A DNA stretch of 64,000 nt from Octopus sinensis (lineage: Eukaryota). Under the pieces are notes generated by a model that was not told the DNA's origin, did no database searches, and worked only from the letters and a program-made list of their open reading frames with translations. Positions 1 to 12,020 of this stretch are shown here, piece after piece (within the stretch, counting starts at the first letter, position 1; the number at the start of each line of letters is the position of its first letter). The translations under genes were made by a program, and so were the position numbers. The stretch is from assembly GCF_006345805.1 (NCBI RefSeq), contig NC_043003.1, positions 46,500,001-46,564,000 of the forward strand, written 5' to 3'.

Positions 1-233
1 CCAGCATAACACTACTGATGTTATCCAAGGGAAAAGCAATAGCCGACACAGCTTGGCACCAGTGACGTAGCAACTCATTTCTACAGCTGAGTGGACTGGA
101 GCAAGAAGAAATAAAGTGTCTTGCTCAAGACATGAGCACAACACACAGCCCGAACTGGGAATCGATCTCACTACCTCGTGCTTCTGAGCCAGACACTCTA
201 ATCACTGAGCCATGCGTCTTCACAGTACTACAA
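1..233 (-). mobile_element. tRNA-derived SINE (same family as 46855-47187), truncated by window edge
   Basis: Reverse complement gives TGGCTCAGTGATTAGAG (A-box-like), a B-box-like segment and CTCAGCTGTAGAAATGAGTTGC, all shared with the + copy at 46.9 kb. Confidence 0.8.
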
Positions 234-384
234 CACCACTAACACTACTACAACGGCAGAACCACTAACTACTAGAGCATCAATACTACAACAACAGCAC
301 CAGTACAACTAAAACGCTACTACAGCACCAGCAATCCCATCACTATAACATTCGCTCAATCTCTAGAACGGCAGCAACACTAAG

Positions 385-599
385 ACAGGCTGCTGAAAAG
401 TTCATGTCTTTATGTAAAAGAGAAGACACAATTCTCAGTGAATTATGATTTTATTAAACATTTTTCTCTCTCATATTCACACACTTATTGCAGAGGTCCT
501 TCAGTTTTTCTAAGACGTGTAAGAGAACGCAGAACTTTGGGACTCTAGCCAGACATTTCGCGATACCCTTAAAGCCAGGAACTTTTCAGCACCCCTCGT
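385..599. mobile_element. mariner-type MITE with ~28 bp TIRs
   Basis: Left end GCTGCTGAAAAGTTCATGTCTTTA; right end reverse complement ACGAGGGGTGCTGAAAAGTTCCTGGCTTTA, a mariner-like TIR start. Confidence 0.6.
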
Positions 600-664
600 G
601 TATACATATGTATATATATATATACATATATATATATATTGATTTCACTCTCTCTCTCTCTCAC

Positions 665-697
<33 letters not shown>

Positions 698-850
698 ATA
701 TTTATGTATATATATATATATACATATATACAATAAAAGCAATTAAGATTCAAGTCAATTCTAATGAATTTACTTGAATGCGGTACTTAAATTAGATGCA
801 CCAGAAAACTATATGGTGTTAACCATACAGTAATGTGGGGTGATTATAAA

Positions 851-1025
851 CGAGAAAGAAGCAACAAGAATGGATTAGTTTTTAGTACAATTGTTTCATA
901 CAAAGACAGGCTTTATATAAAAGTTGCAATATTTATCTGCTGCCAATATTTGCAATTTTAATAAAGCCGTCTTTGTATGAAACAATTGTACTAAAAAACT
1001 AATCCATTCTTGTTGCTTCTTTCTC

Positions 1026-1026
<1 letters not shown>
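851..1026. repeat. ~176 bp near-perfect hairpin; each arm carries GAAAC-AATT-GTA (3' half of an HHR-like motif)
   Basis: 851-~934 is the reverse complement of ~945-1026; motif at 979-990 (+) and 886-897 (-). Confidence 0.85.
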
Positions 1027-1097
<71 letters not shown>

Positions 1098-1319
1098 CTA
1101 TATATATCAATTTAGGGTAGCAAAAAAATTCATAGAAATTTATCGCTACCAGCGGTCTAGTGGGAAAGAGGAAAATAGTCAAAGACTAAATATATAAAAA
1201 TTAACAATAAGGAATGGCCTTAATAGGCCATTGCCACTAGAAAGAGCAGCCAGGACTCAAACCGCTAAGTAGTAGTAATTCAGAAATAGGTGAAAATTAA
1301 AAACGTTTACCCTAATTCA

Positions 1320-1418
1320 TCTTTAGACGATGCATCGTTCAGTGTTTTTAATGGTAAACCAGCTTAATTAAATTAAATTAAGTCAATTCTACCATAGGTT
1401 ACACTTAATCAGTAAAGA
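1320..1418 (-). ncRNA. type I hammerhead ribozyme motif (degenerate copy)
   Basis: TCTTTA CTGATTA AGTGT..ACACT GAAC GATGCATC GTC TAAAGA; stems I, II and III all pair; two core defects relative to the cluster consensus. Confidence 0.7.
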
Positions 1419-1991
1419 AACCAGGAGAGACGGATATACACGAGCGCGTCTGGATCAATGCCCTCGGAATATCTGCCTTTTAAAATTTTCAAGACCATCG
1501 TATTCGAGCCAACTTATCAGCAGTAAATATAAACTGCCGATTCAATCATCGAATTAGTCAGAAAATCATCAATTAATCAGATTTAGGGTAGCAAAAAATT
1601 CAATAGAAATTTATCGCTACCAGCGGTCTAGTGGGAAAGAGAAATAGTCAAAGACTAAATGTATAAATTTAACAATTAAGGAATGGCCTTAATAGGCCAT
1701 TCGTCCACTAGAAAGAGCAGCCAGGACTCAAACCGCTAAGTAGTAGTAATTCAGAAATTAGGTGAAAATTTTAAAATGTTTACCCTAATTCATCTTTAGA
1801 CGATGCATCGTTTCAATTTTTTGCTACCCTAAATTGATTAATTGATGATTTTCTGACTAATTCTGAGATTGAATCGGCAGTTATATTTACTGCTGATAAG
1901 TTGGCTCGAATACGATGGTCTTGAAAATTTTAAGGCAGATATTCCGAGGGCATTGATTACAGACGCCTCGTGTAATCCGTCTCTCCTGGTT

Positions 1992-2089
1992 TCTTTACTG
2001 ATGAAGTGTAACCTATGGTTAGATTGACTTAATTTAATTTAATTAAGCTGGTTTACCATTAAAACACTGAAACGATGCATCGCTAAAGA
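1992..2089 (+). ncRNA. type I hammerhead ribozyme motif
   Basis: TCTTTA CTGATGA AGTGT..ACACT GAAAC GATGCATC GC TAAAGA; lacks the U of GUC, which is intact in the partial copy at 1793-1814. Confidence 0.75.
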
Positions 2090-2229
2090 TGAATTAGGGT
2101 AAACGTTTTTAAATTTTCACCTAATTTCTGAATACTACTACTTAGCGGTTTGAGCCTGGCTGCTCTTTCTAGTGGACGAATGGCCTATTAAGGCCATTCC
2201 TTAATTGTTAAATATATATATATATATAT

Positions 2230-2413
2230 TTACATTATTTACATTCGACGGATATTTGTCATCATATTGTTTGTTATTAGCACAACGTTTCGGCTGATAT
2301 ACCCACCTTCATCAGGTGTCTTGGGGAAATTTCGAACCTGGGTTCTCATCCCTAAAGTATTTTTCGATGTTGTTGTTGTTGTTGTAGTTGATATTGTTAT
2401 TATTATTATTATT
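2230..2413 (-). mobile_element. PLE 3' pLTR module (HHR part), homologous to 26470-26620
   Basis: Shares GAGAACCCAGGTTCGAAATTTC..AAGACACCTGATG..GACAAATATCCGT with the 26.5 kb copy. Confidence 0.8.
2280..2320 (-). ncRNA. minimal type I hammerhead motif
   Basis: GACAC CTGATGA AGG..CAGCC GAAAC GTT GTGC; palindromic AC/GU stem III without loop, GUU cleavage triplet. Confidence 0.7.
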
Positions 2414-2958
2414 GAGTGAGAGAGCAGTGCATGCCATCAAAGTGACACTGGGGTAGAATATACGAAGCCCAGTATACCCATCATGACTACCCGTCTGATA
2501 AGGTACACCAGGCACATGCATCACAACCATATGTGCGCGACATGGTGATCTCATATCAAAATAAACAGCACATGACCTTGCAGGTGGGGCCCAGTTAGAA
2601 TTTTCTTCAGGTCGAGTAACCCATCCCACTCGAAAGGTCCCTGAATAAGGGTTGTTTAAGGATGTTGAACGAAACACCCATGTTTCCAGAGGTGAATTAT
2701 TCAAACCCCAAAGAATCCCTCTCAACACATGGCTATGATGCTCCCCCACTACTTCTGCTCGTGATCGAGATGAGATGCACATATCGTCAGCCACTAAGGG
2801 ACATGCTCAACTAGTTATGTCAAAAACAAATGACAAGCAAATCTGTGGTATTGAGCAGAATATTTGCTGTAGCCCATCTTTTATACCAAGACAAAACAAT
2901 GTACATGATAACACTTCCAATCAGTTAAGATCAGAAGCCATGAGAGCCACTGCCTGGT
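2414..2958 (-). mobile_element. ~545 bp non-coding retroelement inserted in (AAT)n
   Basis: Complex sequence bounded on both sides by (AAT)n, 3' end ..CTCTCACTC-(AAT)n; separates the two halves of the tRNA-head/HHR module. Confidence 0.55.
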
Positions 2959-2982
2959 ATTATTATTATTATTATTATTATT

Positions 2983-3035
2983 GCCTGGAATCGAACTCGG
3001 AATCTTGGAGTTTTGTAGCTCGCGCGAGTAACACC
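2983..3035 (-). mobile_element. tRNA-like head of the PLE pLTR module
   Basis: CCAAGATTCCGAGTTCGATTCCAGGC identical to 26395-26420. Confidence 0.75.
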
Positions 3036-3149
3036 ACCTTAACATCCCTAAATCAAGTACAATACACAATACTGTAATGTCAACACCATTAACTACTACA
3101 GAATTAACACAACTACGACAATACTAACACCATACGCTACTTATAACGC

Positions 3150-3356
3150 ATAAGTAATGTCAATATTTCATCGTAGGATTCGTCAGTCTTTACGTCCTGA
3201 ATTCAAATTCCGCCGCGGTCAACTTTGCCTGTTATCCTTTCGGCGGGATTGCGGTCGATAAATTAAGTACCAGTTGAGTATTGGAGTCGATCTAATCGAC
3301 AGGCCCCCTCCTTCAAACTTTCGGGCCTTGTGCCTAGAGCAGAAAGCAGAAAAGAA
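3150..3356 (+). mobile_element. SINE (GAGTTCAAATTCCGCCGAGGTCGACTTTGCC family), degenerate
   Basis: B-box-like GAATTCAAATTCC and central GGTCGATAAATTAAGTACCAG. Confidence 0.75.
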
Positions 3357-3728
3357 TATTTTATCGTCGGAAAATAGCCTAAAGCAGTATACACAAATAT
3401 GATTAATCTGCATTAGGTGGGGGTCATAGTCGGCATCGGAAATCTTTTTAGTCAACAGCAATTCGAGGAGCTTAAGTAATGTTTGTTGCAAATTTGGAGG
3501 GAAGCGACTGGATACTCTTCAAGTTACGGACCTTAATGCTGCGAAAATGCTTTTAAAATGCGGTTTATCTGCCCCTGGGCACACATTAGGTAAGAAGTTG
3601 AAAATTGTTTTGGCCCATGACACTCCAAGGATCCTATGTAATGCATGTGTAAAATTTAATTAAAATCTGTTGGGTGAATCCCGAGTTTTAACGACATGAC
3701 AAAGACACAGACACACGTCCAGTGTTTC

Positions 3729-3763
<35 letters not shown>

Positions 3764-3967
3764 ATTATTATATATATTATATTAATATAAATTAGCGATA
3801 AAACCTCTATTAGGCAACTCAAACACTGATAGACATAAACCAAATCCTAAATAACAAATAATATATATTTTTATAAAACATATAACTTATAATTATATCC
3901 CAAAAAGTATAAAAATGAATGATCAATGTATAAGTAAAATAAGTATATATATATATATATATATATA

Positions 3968-4009
<42 letters not shown>

Positions 4010-4010
4010 C

Positions 4011-4676
4011 TTCGAGACGCATAAATTTTAATGGTTATCGACAAAAAAATTTTTTGTTTCGGCATATTTGGCATTAGAATTTTTCTTCTGCCCTTATCTG
4101 TAAATTATGTATAAATTTTACCTTTAAAGGCATTTTTTGATATGCTGGCCATTGATAAAATTTTTTTCCCGAAAAAAATTTTATCCTATATTAATTATAA
4201 ATAGATTAGCGTTCACTTCCGGATTTATCACTCTGTGAAAGTTTCTAGTTCGAATCACACGTGTCTCGAGGTGCGCCGAAGATTTTTCTTTTGGGATATT
4301 TTGGGGGTACTTAAGTCTGTCTCAGGACTTAGTGCTTGCTTTTTCTTGGTTATGAGTAAGTATTTCATTTATCTCGCGGTATTTGCCGCTGAAGAGGGGG
4401 AAATTTCTTATGAATAACCCCGAAATTGGACCAATACGGTAATAACGAATTTTTAGAGATTTATATCGGTTTGTTTCGAGACGCATAAATTTTAATGGTT
4501 ATCGACAAAAAAAAAAAAAAAAGAAGAAATTTGTTTCGGCATATTTGGCATTAGAATTTTTCTTCTGCCCATATCTTGTAAATTATGTATAAATTTTACC
4601 TTTAAAGGCATTTTTTGATATGCTGGCCATTGATAAAATTTTTTTCCCGAAAAAAATTTTATCCTATATTAATTAT
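4011..4676 (+). mobile_element. HHR-bearing 464 bp unit plus partial tandem copy
   Basis: TTCGAGACGCATAAATTTTAATGG at 4011 and 4475; (TA)n upstream, (GATA)n downstream. Confidence 0.85.
4385..4440 (+). ncRNA. type I hammerhead ribozyme motif, intact core
   Basis: GCCG CTGAAGA GGGG..CCCC GAA ATTGG A CCAAT A CGGT; stem III with 1-nt loop, AUA cleavage triplet. Confidence 0.8.
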
Positions 4677-4678
4677 AT

Positions 4679-4740
<62 letters not shown>

Positions 4741-5150
4741 GATGGTGCTGGTAGTTGAAATGGGGATGAATATGTAATGGTGATGGTGGTAGAGGTGGTG
4801 GTAGAGGTAGTTGTAGTGGTGGTGGTGGTGGTGGTGCTGGTGGTGGTGCTGGTGGTGGTGGGGTGGTTGTAGTGGTGGTGATGGTGGGGAGGGGGCTAGC
4901 CGTGGTGGTCGTGGTGATGGTGGTGATAGTTGTGGTGTTGATATTGGTGGTGGTGGTGGTGGTGGTGGTGGCGGCGGCGGCGGCGGCGGCGCCGATGGAG
5001 GTAGCGGCAGCGGCGGCGGTGGTTGTGGTGATAGTGGTGGTGGTGATAGTGGTGGTGGTGATGGTGGTGCTGGTGATGGTGGTGGTGGTGGAGTAGATTT
5101 GATGATGGCGGTTGTGCTTGTGGTGGTGTTGGTGCAGATCGCGACGGATA
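4677..5150. repeat. (GATA)n followed by compound GGT/GAT/GGC triplet tract
   Basis: Direct reading. Confidence 0.95.
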
Positions 5151-5533
5151 GCAATAGTACGTCCAATTGTTTTTCACTAATTCCCTAAATGTCTTCGAAA
5201 TGGTAACTGTCTGCCTCTGATTGATCACTGGCGATCTCTATACCAACTTGTTGACAAACTGTTATATCATATTAAATTATACACATGGATACACACACAA
5301 ACACTCTCTCTTATACACACATACACTCAAACACACGCCTATATGTTCACGTACTGCCATATATACATATACATATATTTATAGCTATATCTATAGTTAT
5401 CTAGCTATCTATTTATCTCTCTCTCTCTCTATATCTATATATATATATATAAACAGAGGGAGAGAGAGGAGAGAAAGAGAGAAATAGATACACGGACACA
5501 CATATACACACACACATTTATATACAGACACAC

Positions 5534-5574
<41 letters not shown>

Positions 5575-5796
5575 TGTATGTTTCATGCGCAGATATATAT
5601 AAATTTTAATTATATGTGTTTATATGTTATGTACATAAAGAGAGGGAAAGGGAAAGAGAGAGGGCGGGGAGAGAGAGCTGTGTATATTGTGCCTGAAAAT
5701 ATATTTGTATGTTTACACACATGTGGACATACGTTTATATATGTCTGTCCGTGTGTGTGGTATGTATGTATGTATGTATGTATGTATGTATGTATG

Positions 5797-5827
<31 letters not shown>

Positions 5828-5928
5828 TGTACAGCTTTCCGCCGGTGGATTTGGCCGTGCTGGGACACGACCATTGTGAAAGTATATAATATACGTGCAT
5901 GTGTCTGTCTATGTGTACACATACACAC

Positions 5929-5976
<48 letters not shown>

Positions 5977-6224
5977 TGTGTGTGTGTGTGTGCGTGAGTG
6001 CGTATGAACATGCGGATTCATGCAATGTTACGCAGCGGCGTGCCTTTCCACTGCCACAATGACCCCACCCCCACTTCCACCATCTGACACCCAATCCAAC
6101 TGACCAATCAGTGTCACCGTTGTCAGTGATGGATGAACCAATAGCTTAGTTGTGAATTTTGGAACACAATTTAAAAATGTCACAGAATGCCTTTTCTCAT
6201 TTGGAGAGGAGCTGTCTGAATATT

Positions 6225-6256
6225 GCTATGAAGACGACGACGACGGCGACGATTAC

Positions 6257-6290
<34 letters not shown>

Positions 6291-6940
6291 GTGGTGGTTG
6301 AGATGATAACGACGACGACGATGATGATGAAGGTGGTGTTGGTGGTGGTGGTGGTGGTGGTGTTGGTGGTGGTGATGATCGTGTTGAAACAAGAACAACA
6401 AGAAGAGCAATGTTATCAATATCGTGGCAGTATTGACACCCCCCCTCATCGTCATCGCCATGGTCATTGCCATTATCATCATCTTCATGACTAGCTCCAG
6501 CTGCGCCATATAGAACGTCATCAAAGTCATCATTATCAGCTTCATCATCAACGTCAGCTTCACAAGCACCACCACCACTACCAACATCGTCTTCGTCGTC
6601 GTCCTTGTCGCTGTCATCATCATCATCATTTTCACTATCATCATCATCATCGTCATCATCATCCTTATCATTATCAATCGTCATCATCAACATCAGTGTC
6701 ATCATCATCATCATCATCATTACTTTGAGCATCGCCGTTAAAGCCATTATTATCGCCTCCATCATCGTCATCGTCGAAATCTACATCATCGTCGTCGTCG
6801 TTGACGTCGTTGTCATCATCACCATCATCATCATCATCATCATTTTTATCTTTAATATCACCATGTGCATCGTTTTCAAAGCCATCATTATCAGCTCCAT
6901 CATAATCTTCGTCATCATCACTATCATCACCATCATCTTC

Positions 6941-6980
<40 letters not shown>

Positions 6981-7015
6981 CCATCATCACCATCACCATC
7001 AGCAACACCATCATC

Positions 7016-7071
<56 letters not shown>

Positions 7072-7170
7072 CACCATCATCATCAGCATCAGCAACATCA
7101 CCATCACCATCATCATCAGTAGCAGCAGTAGTCGCAGTATCAACTATAGCATCATCCTCATCTACAAACG
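6225..7170. repeat. compound triplet tract, (GAT/GGT)n switching to (CAT/CAC)n near 6420-6450
   Basis: Direct reading; source of the poly-M/I/H/D/S ORFs in the track. Confidence 0.95.
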
Positions 7171-8342
7171 AATGTCAGGACATTAATATACAGACGTGAG
7201 ACCCTGATTTATGTGGACTGATGGACTTACGATAGGTTGTGACCTTCATGCCCTTTTCAATGACGTAAGAGACGCAAATCTAGAGAATCTTAATATGGTT
7301 GATGTCGTTAAGTACTGGCGCCCAAACTGGAATTGAGCAATATAGGTTACCTTTAGGTATTGTTGGTGTTACTGTTGTGGCTTATAAATCTGTGGTTGTG
7401 GTGGCGGCGGTAGTGGTAGTAGATGTGGTGGTAGAAGTATGTTGGTGGTGGTAGTAGTAGTAGTAGTAGTTGGTGAGGGGTTGTTGTTGTTGTTGCTGGT
7501 GGTGGTAGTAGTGGTGATGGTGGCAGTGTTGGTAGTGGTGGTGACGATGGTGGTAGTAGTAGTAGTGATGGTGGTGGTGGTGGTTGTGGTAGTGGTGGTG
7601 GTGGTGATGGTGGTGGCGGTGGTGATTGGAGTGGTAGCTGTGATGGTTGCGGTGGTAGCAGATGTTGTAGCTGTGGTGTTGTATCGTTGGTAGTCTTAAC
7701 TGTGATTACTATAGTGCAGTGTAGTTTAAGATTAGTGTAGTAATAACTTTCTTTAGCCCCAGGCTTGTTCTGGTCGAACAGACCTATGATCATAGACATC
7801 CCAGCCATGATCTTCTTTCTATCTTTTACTTGTTTCAGTCATTAAGCTACGGTCATGCTGGGGCACTACCTTGAAGACTCTTTAATCGAACGAATAGACC
7901 CCAGTACATAAACAGACCGACACCCGTTGTCAGGCGTGCGAGCGTGAGGCAAACATAGACACAAACACACGCACACACACACACACCACACACATACATA
8001 AACCTATATATATTTTCCGTTTACCAAATCCACTCACAAAGTTTTGGTTTGCCAAAAGTGGTTCGGCAAAAAGTGATCAATAGAATAAGTACTAGACTTA
8101 CAAAGAATAAGACCTGGAGTCGATTTGTTCAACTAAATGCGGTGCTCCAACCTGGCCGCAGTCAATTCACTGAAACAAATAAAAAAATAAAAGAATATTC
8201 TCTGTGCATATGCAACTTCATTTTCTTCTTCTGTACTCTTACTTGTTTGCATCAGTTACGATCTTTCTGTACAGAAATGCACACACACACTTGTAATATA
8301 TATGTATATATAGGAAGACAGAGTGTACGATAATCTTTATTT

Positions 8343-8449
8343 AGCACGACGATCGTTTCGGCTTACATCTACACTGTTCCCTAGTAAGTGGAGCACCATG
8401 TAATGGAATCGAATGTTCCACACTGCAGAGGAAATCTCGTCAGGTTACT
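8343..8449 (-). ncRNA. type I hammerhead-like motif with long stem II
   Basis: AGTAAC CTGACGA GATTT..AAGCC GAAAC GATC GTC GTGCT; palindromic stem III, imperfect stems I and II. Confidence 0.6.
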
Positions 8450-8994
8450 TAATACTTAATACAGTGTTATAATATGTACATTTCGCTACTGTATGTGGAG
8501 GATGAAGTTGGTATGATACGTGCGTTTACAGTCGTTCACAAATCCATTGATGAGGCAAGATGGCTGGTATATATTCGAGGAGTTGTAGGTGAAGAATGCA
8601 AAATAAAAATCAAGCACGAAGAATAAATGGGAAGGTCGGAATATATACATGTATATATTATATATATGTGTATGTATACATATACGCATATACACGCGCA
8701 AACAAACACACACAAACTCGCACAAACACACACACATATATGTATATATACAGAGAGCGAGAGAGAGAGAGAGAGAGAGAGAGGCAGACAGACAGAGAAG
8801 ACAGACAGAGACAGTATCCATTAACCAAATCTAAGCACATGTCATTGGTTGGTCTGAAGCTATAGTAGGAGACCTTGCACATGATTCCGCATCGTAGGAC
8901 TGAACCCAAAATCACGCCCTTGCAAAGTTCCTAACAACACAACCATGCATGCGACTATACTTACATGCATACATACATAATACATACATACATT

Positions 8995-9065
<71 letters not shown>

Positions 9066-9847
9066 ATAGTATTCCTTTTGCATTAACAAAGATTTGTTCT
9101 TCAGACTAGCTGGAGCCATGTTGCTATCAACAGAAATATGTTAACTCCTTTTCACTTTAGTTAAGCTTCGAATGGTTCTTCAAATGAAATTTTTACGATA
9201 TCATGAAAAGAAATGTAATAAGACTGTACAGCCAGCATAAGCAAAGACCGTTGTATATCCATTCGTAATTAATACCAGATTCTGTGGCAGAACGTATATC
9301 TGTTTCTGTTAGAAAATGTTATATTGAAAATAAATGGTTTTTTAAATGTTTTAAGCGTTTCATCCATGTGTGTTTTTCCCGTTTTTGTTCGATGTCCTTT
9401 TGTAAAATATATTTTACTCGTCTCCTTCTCTCTTTTTCCCTTTCTTTCTGTCTTATTGTCTTTTTGTTTCCAAATAAATGCATTACGGCATTCATTTTGT
9501 GTGTGTGTGTGTGTTTGTGTATTTGTGTGTGTTTGTTTAAAACAAGTGGTTTAGTTTTTTACTATTGGAATAAAGTAAATAATTCTATTATTCATAAACA
9601 CGCAAACTATGGATAGATAGATAGATAGATAGATATAGATACATACATAATACATAGATTACATACATAATACATACATACATACATACATACTACATAC
9701 ATACATACATACATTCATCATAAATACATACATACTACATACATACATACAATACAACATACATACAGACATTCATACATACTACATTACATACATACAT
9801 ACATACATACATAAATGCATACATACATACATACATACATACATATA

Positions 9848-11093
9848 CATGACAGAAGTAAATAGACAACATTATAATCATTAAAATTTATTTAAATCTG
9901 AATTTATACATTCAAATTATTTATTAATTGTTAAAATGTGAATATTTAATATTTAGTAGTCATACTCTTTGCATTTTTTAATGCAAGGACTCTATTAGGC
10001 ATTTTACTGATCAAATGACGAATATTCTCTTGCGGAATTTCTTGCCAAGTTTCATGCAGTAATCTTAAAAGATCTGACTTTGAAGATGCTTTCTTGTTCT
10101 TTTTTTGAAGTGTCCTGTCCATTATGGTCCAGAGGTGTTCAATAGGGTTCATATATGGTGACTAGTTTGATCATGGAAACTTTTTAATGCCATTCTCATC
10201 CAACAAATCTTGGGTCGTTTTAGCAATGTGATAAGGATCCCTATCTTCCATAAATAAAGTCTTCTTTAATCATTTCACCTCTGGAGGAGATCGGAAGGTG
10301 CCTTTTCTGCAATATGGACACATATCTGTGTTTATTTTCCCCTCATACTCCACCCGCTCTGATCAACCATTGCTCCAGATTGCTCCCCAGACGATCACAG
10401 ACTAGCTGCCGTGTTTCATTGTTGGCTGCAATCTTTTCACGCCAAATTCTTGATCACATGATCATAGAGTCTCCAGACCCACATTCAACCACTATCAGGA
10501 AATACAGCAAATGTGGACTCATCAGAGAATATGACAGTGTCCCAAAATGTTAGTAGCATCTCTACCATTTCACTGGCCCAATCTTTCTCTGCTTGATGTT
10601 GGCTGGTCGAAGAAGTGGTTTCTTGCTTGCTGCTCTGCCATAGTAGCAAAGTTTGTGGAGGTACTTGACAGCTGTTCTGGGACTGATATCAACTCGTTCT
10701 GCTATGTCAGAGGCCTTGCAACGAGGATTATTTCCCACTCTTCTCTTAACAAAGAGAATGGTCCTGTCAGAGGGGCCCTGGTTGATCTGGGTAAAGTGAT
10801 GTGGACCCCTTCCCTTCTCTAGTAAACTGAGCAATCACTCTATTAACTCTACGAAACAGGATCCCAAGGTTTTCCGCAATGTCACGCTGACCATGTCCAC
10901 ATTCAGAATGACCTATAATACAGGCTCTTTGAAATCCATACACTTTCACGGCTGCTTTTGTACATGGTATGATTAAACAGTCATATATAGAACCTGAAGC
11001 ATAAAAAGATCAATTAATAAAAAATACAAACATTTACATGTTAAAATAAACATAAAACGATGTTTTATGGGGTGTCTAATTATTTCTGTCATG
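9848..11093 (-). mobile_element. decayed Tc1 DNA transposon
   Basis: TIRs CATGACAGAAGTAAATAGAC / GTCTAATTATTTCTGTCATG; transposase fragments (HTH ..GRAASKKPLL.., NPIEHLW..TTKY) with frameshifts and an internal deletion. Confidence 0.9.
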
Positions 11094-11189
11094 TCTATTT
11101 ATAGCTATGAAACATTTTTCGTCAAATTTCGACATTTAAAAAAACTTTTAAATCCATATTAATGGGTAGGACCAATTTCACGAAAAAAT

Positions 11190-11646
11190 GAGCAGAGTCT
11201 GGTAGCGAACCCGTGTCGTCGTCATTTTTGTGCATGCGTGTAAAATGGCGAAATTTTACGCTTTGGAGCAGATTTCATCAATTGATGTCACGACGGCTTG
11301 TGTGCAAAATGCCTGAATTTGCTTGAGAAATGAAATGCTCTTACCTAATCAAAACCTGAAACGGTGTGGAATTAAAACAACGAATTGAAATTCTAAGCTT
11401 TAGTAAATCAAAACAATTCAAATTCAAATGAAAAATTAGCAAATACTAAATAGGTTACCGTTAACAAGCTGTCTGTTTATAAGGATGAAACATTTTTCTT
11501 CAAATTGATGTCACGAAGGCTAGTGCGAAGAATGCCGAAATTTTACGACTTTTCAAAAATCGATTTTTTAAAATTCTAAGTGGATAGACTCAAAGGAGTA
11601 CAAGTAACAAATTCACAAACACGCAAACTTGCCATTTATTAGTATA
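11190..11646 (-). mobile_element. possible non-autonomous Helitron-like element
   Basis: Minus-strand start TATACTAATAAATGGCAAGTTTG resembles Helitron 5' ends; degenerate ..CACGGGTTCGCTAC at the other end; no clean CTRR. Confidence 0.3.
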
Positions 11647-11655
11647 TATATATAA

Positions 11656-11738
<83 letters not shown>

Positions 11739-11744
11739 GGTTAA

Positions 11745-11816
11745 ATTTAAAGGTATTTTTGATATGCTGGCCATTGATAACATTTTTTTCGCGAAATAAA
11801 TTTTATCCTACATTAG

Positions 11817-11820
<4 letters not shown>
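11745..11820 (+). mobile_element. fragment of the 464 bp HHR family between (TA)n tracts
   Basis: TTTAAAGG..GATATGCTGGCCATTGATAA..TTTTATCCTA matches 4123-4195. Confidence 0.8.
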
Positions 11821-11858
<38 letters not shown>

Positions 11859-11864
11859 TATATA

Positions 11865-12020
11865 TAAGGGGCTTCTTTCAGTTTCAGTTTAACAAATCCA
11901 TTCACAAGGCTTTGATCTGCGTGAGGCTATAGTAGAAAACACTTGCTCAAGTGCCAAGAAGTGGGACTGAATCCACAACCATGCGGTTGGTAAGCAAGCT
12001 TCCTACCCCGCAGCCACGCA
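11865..12020 (-). mobile_element. tRNA-derived bipartite SINE, 5' part
   Basis: Reverse complement matches the GGTTCAGTCCCAC..GCAAGTGT..GGATTTG family. Confidence 0.75.

Larger units (their letters stand above)
1107..2212. mobile_element. HHR-bearing repeat: 471 bp unit + partial tandem copy + inverted copy (retrozyme/PLE pLTR-like), flanked by (TA)n
   Basis: TTTAGGGTAGC at 1111 and 1582 (period 471); 1816-2212 is the reverse complement of ~1190-1599; (TA)n on both sides. Confidence 0.85.
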
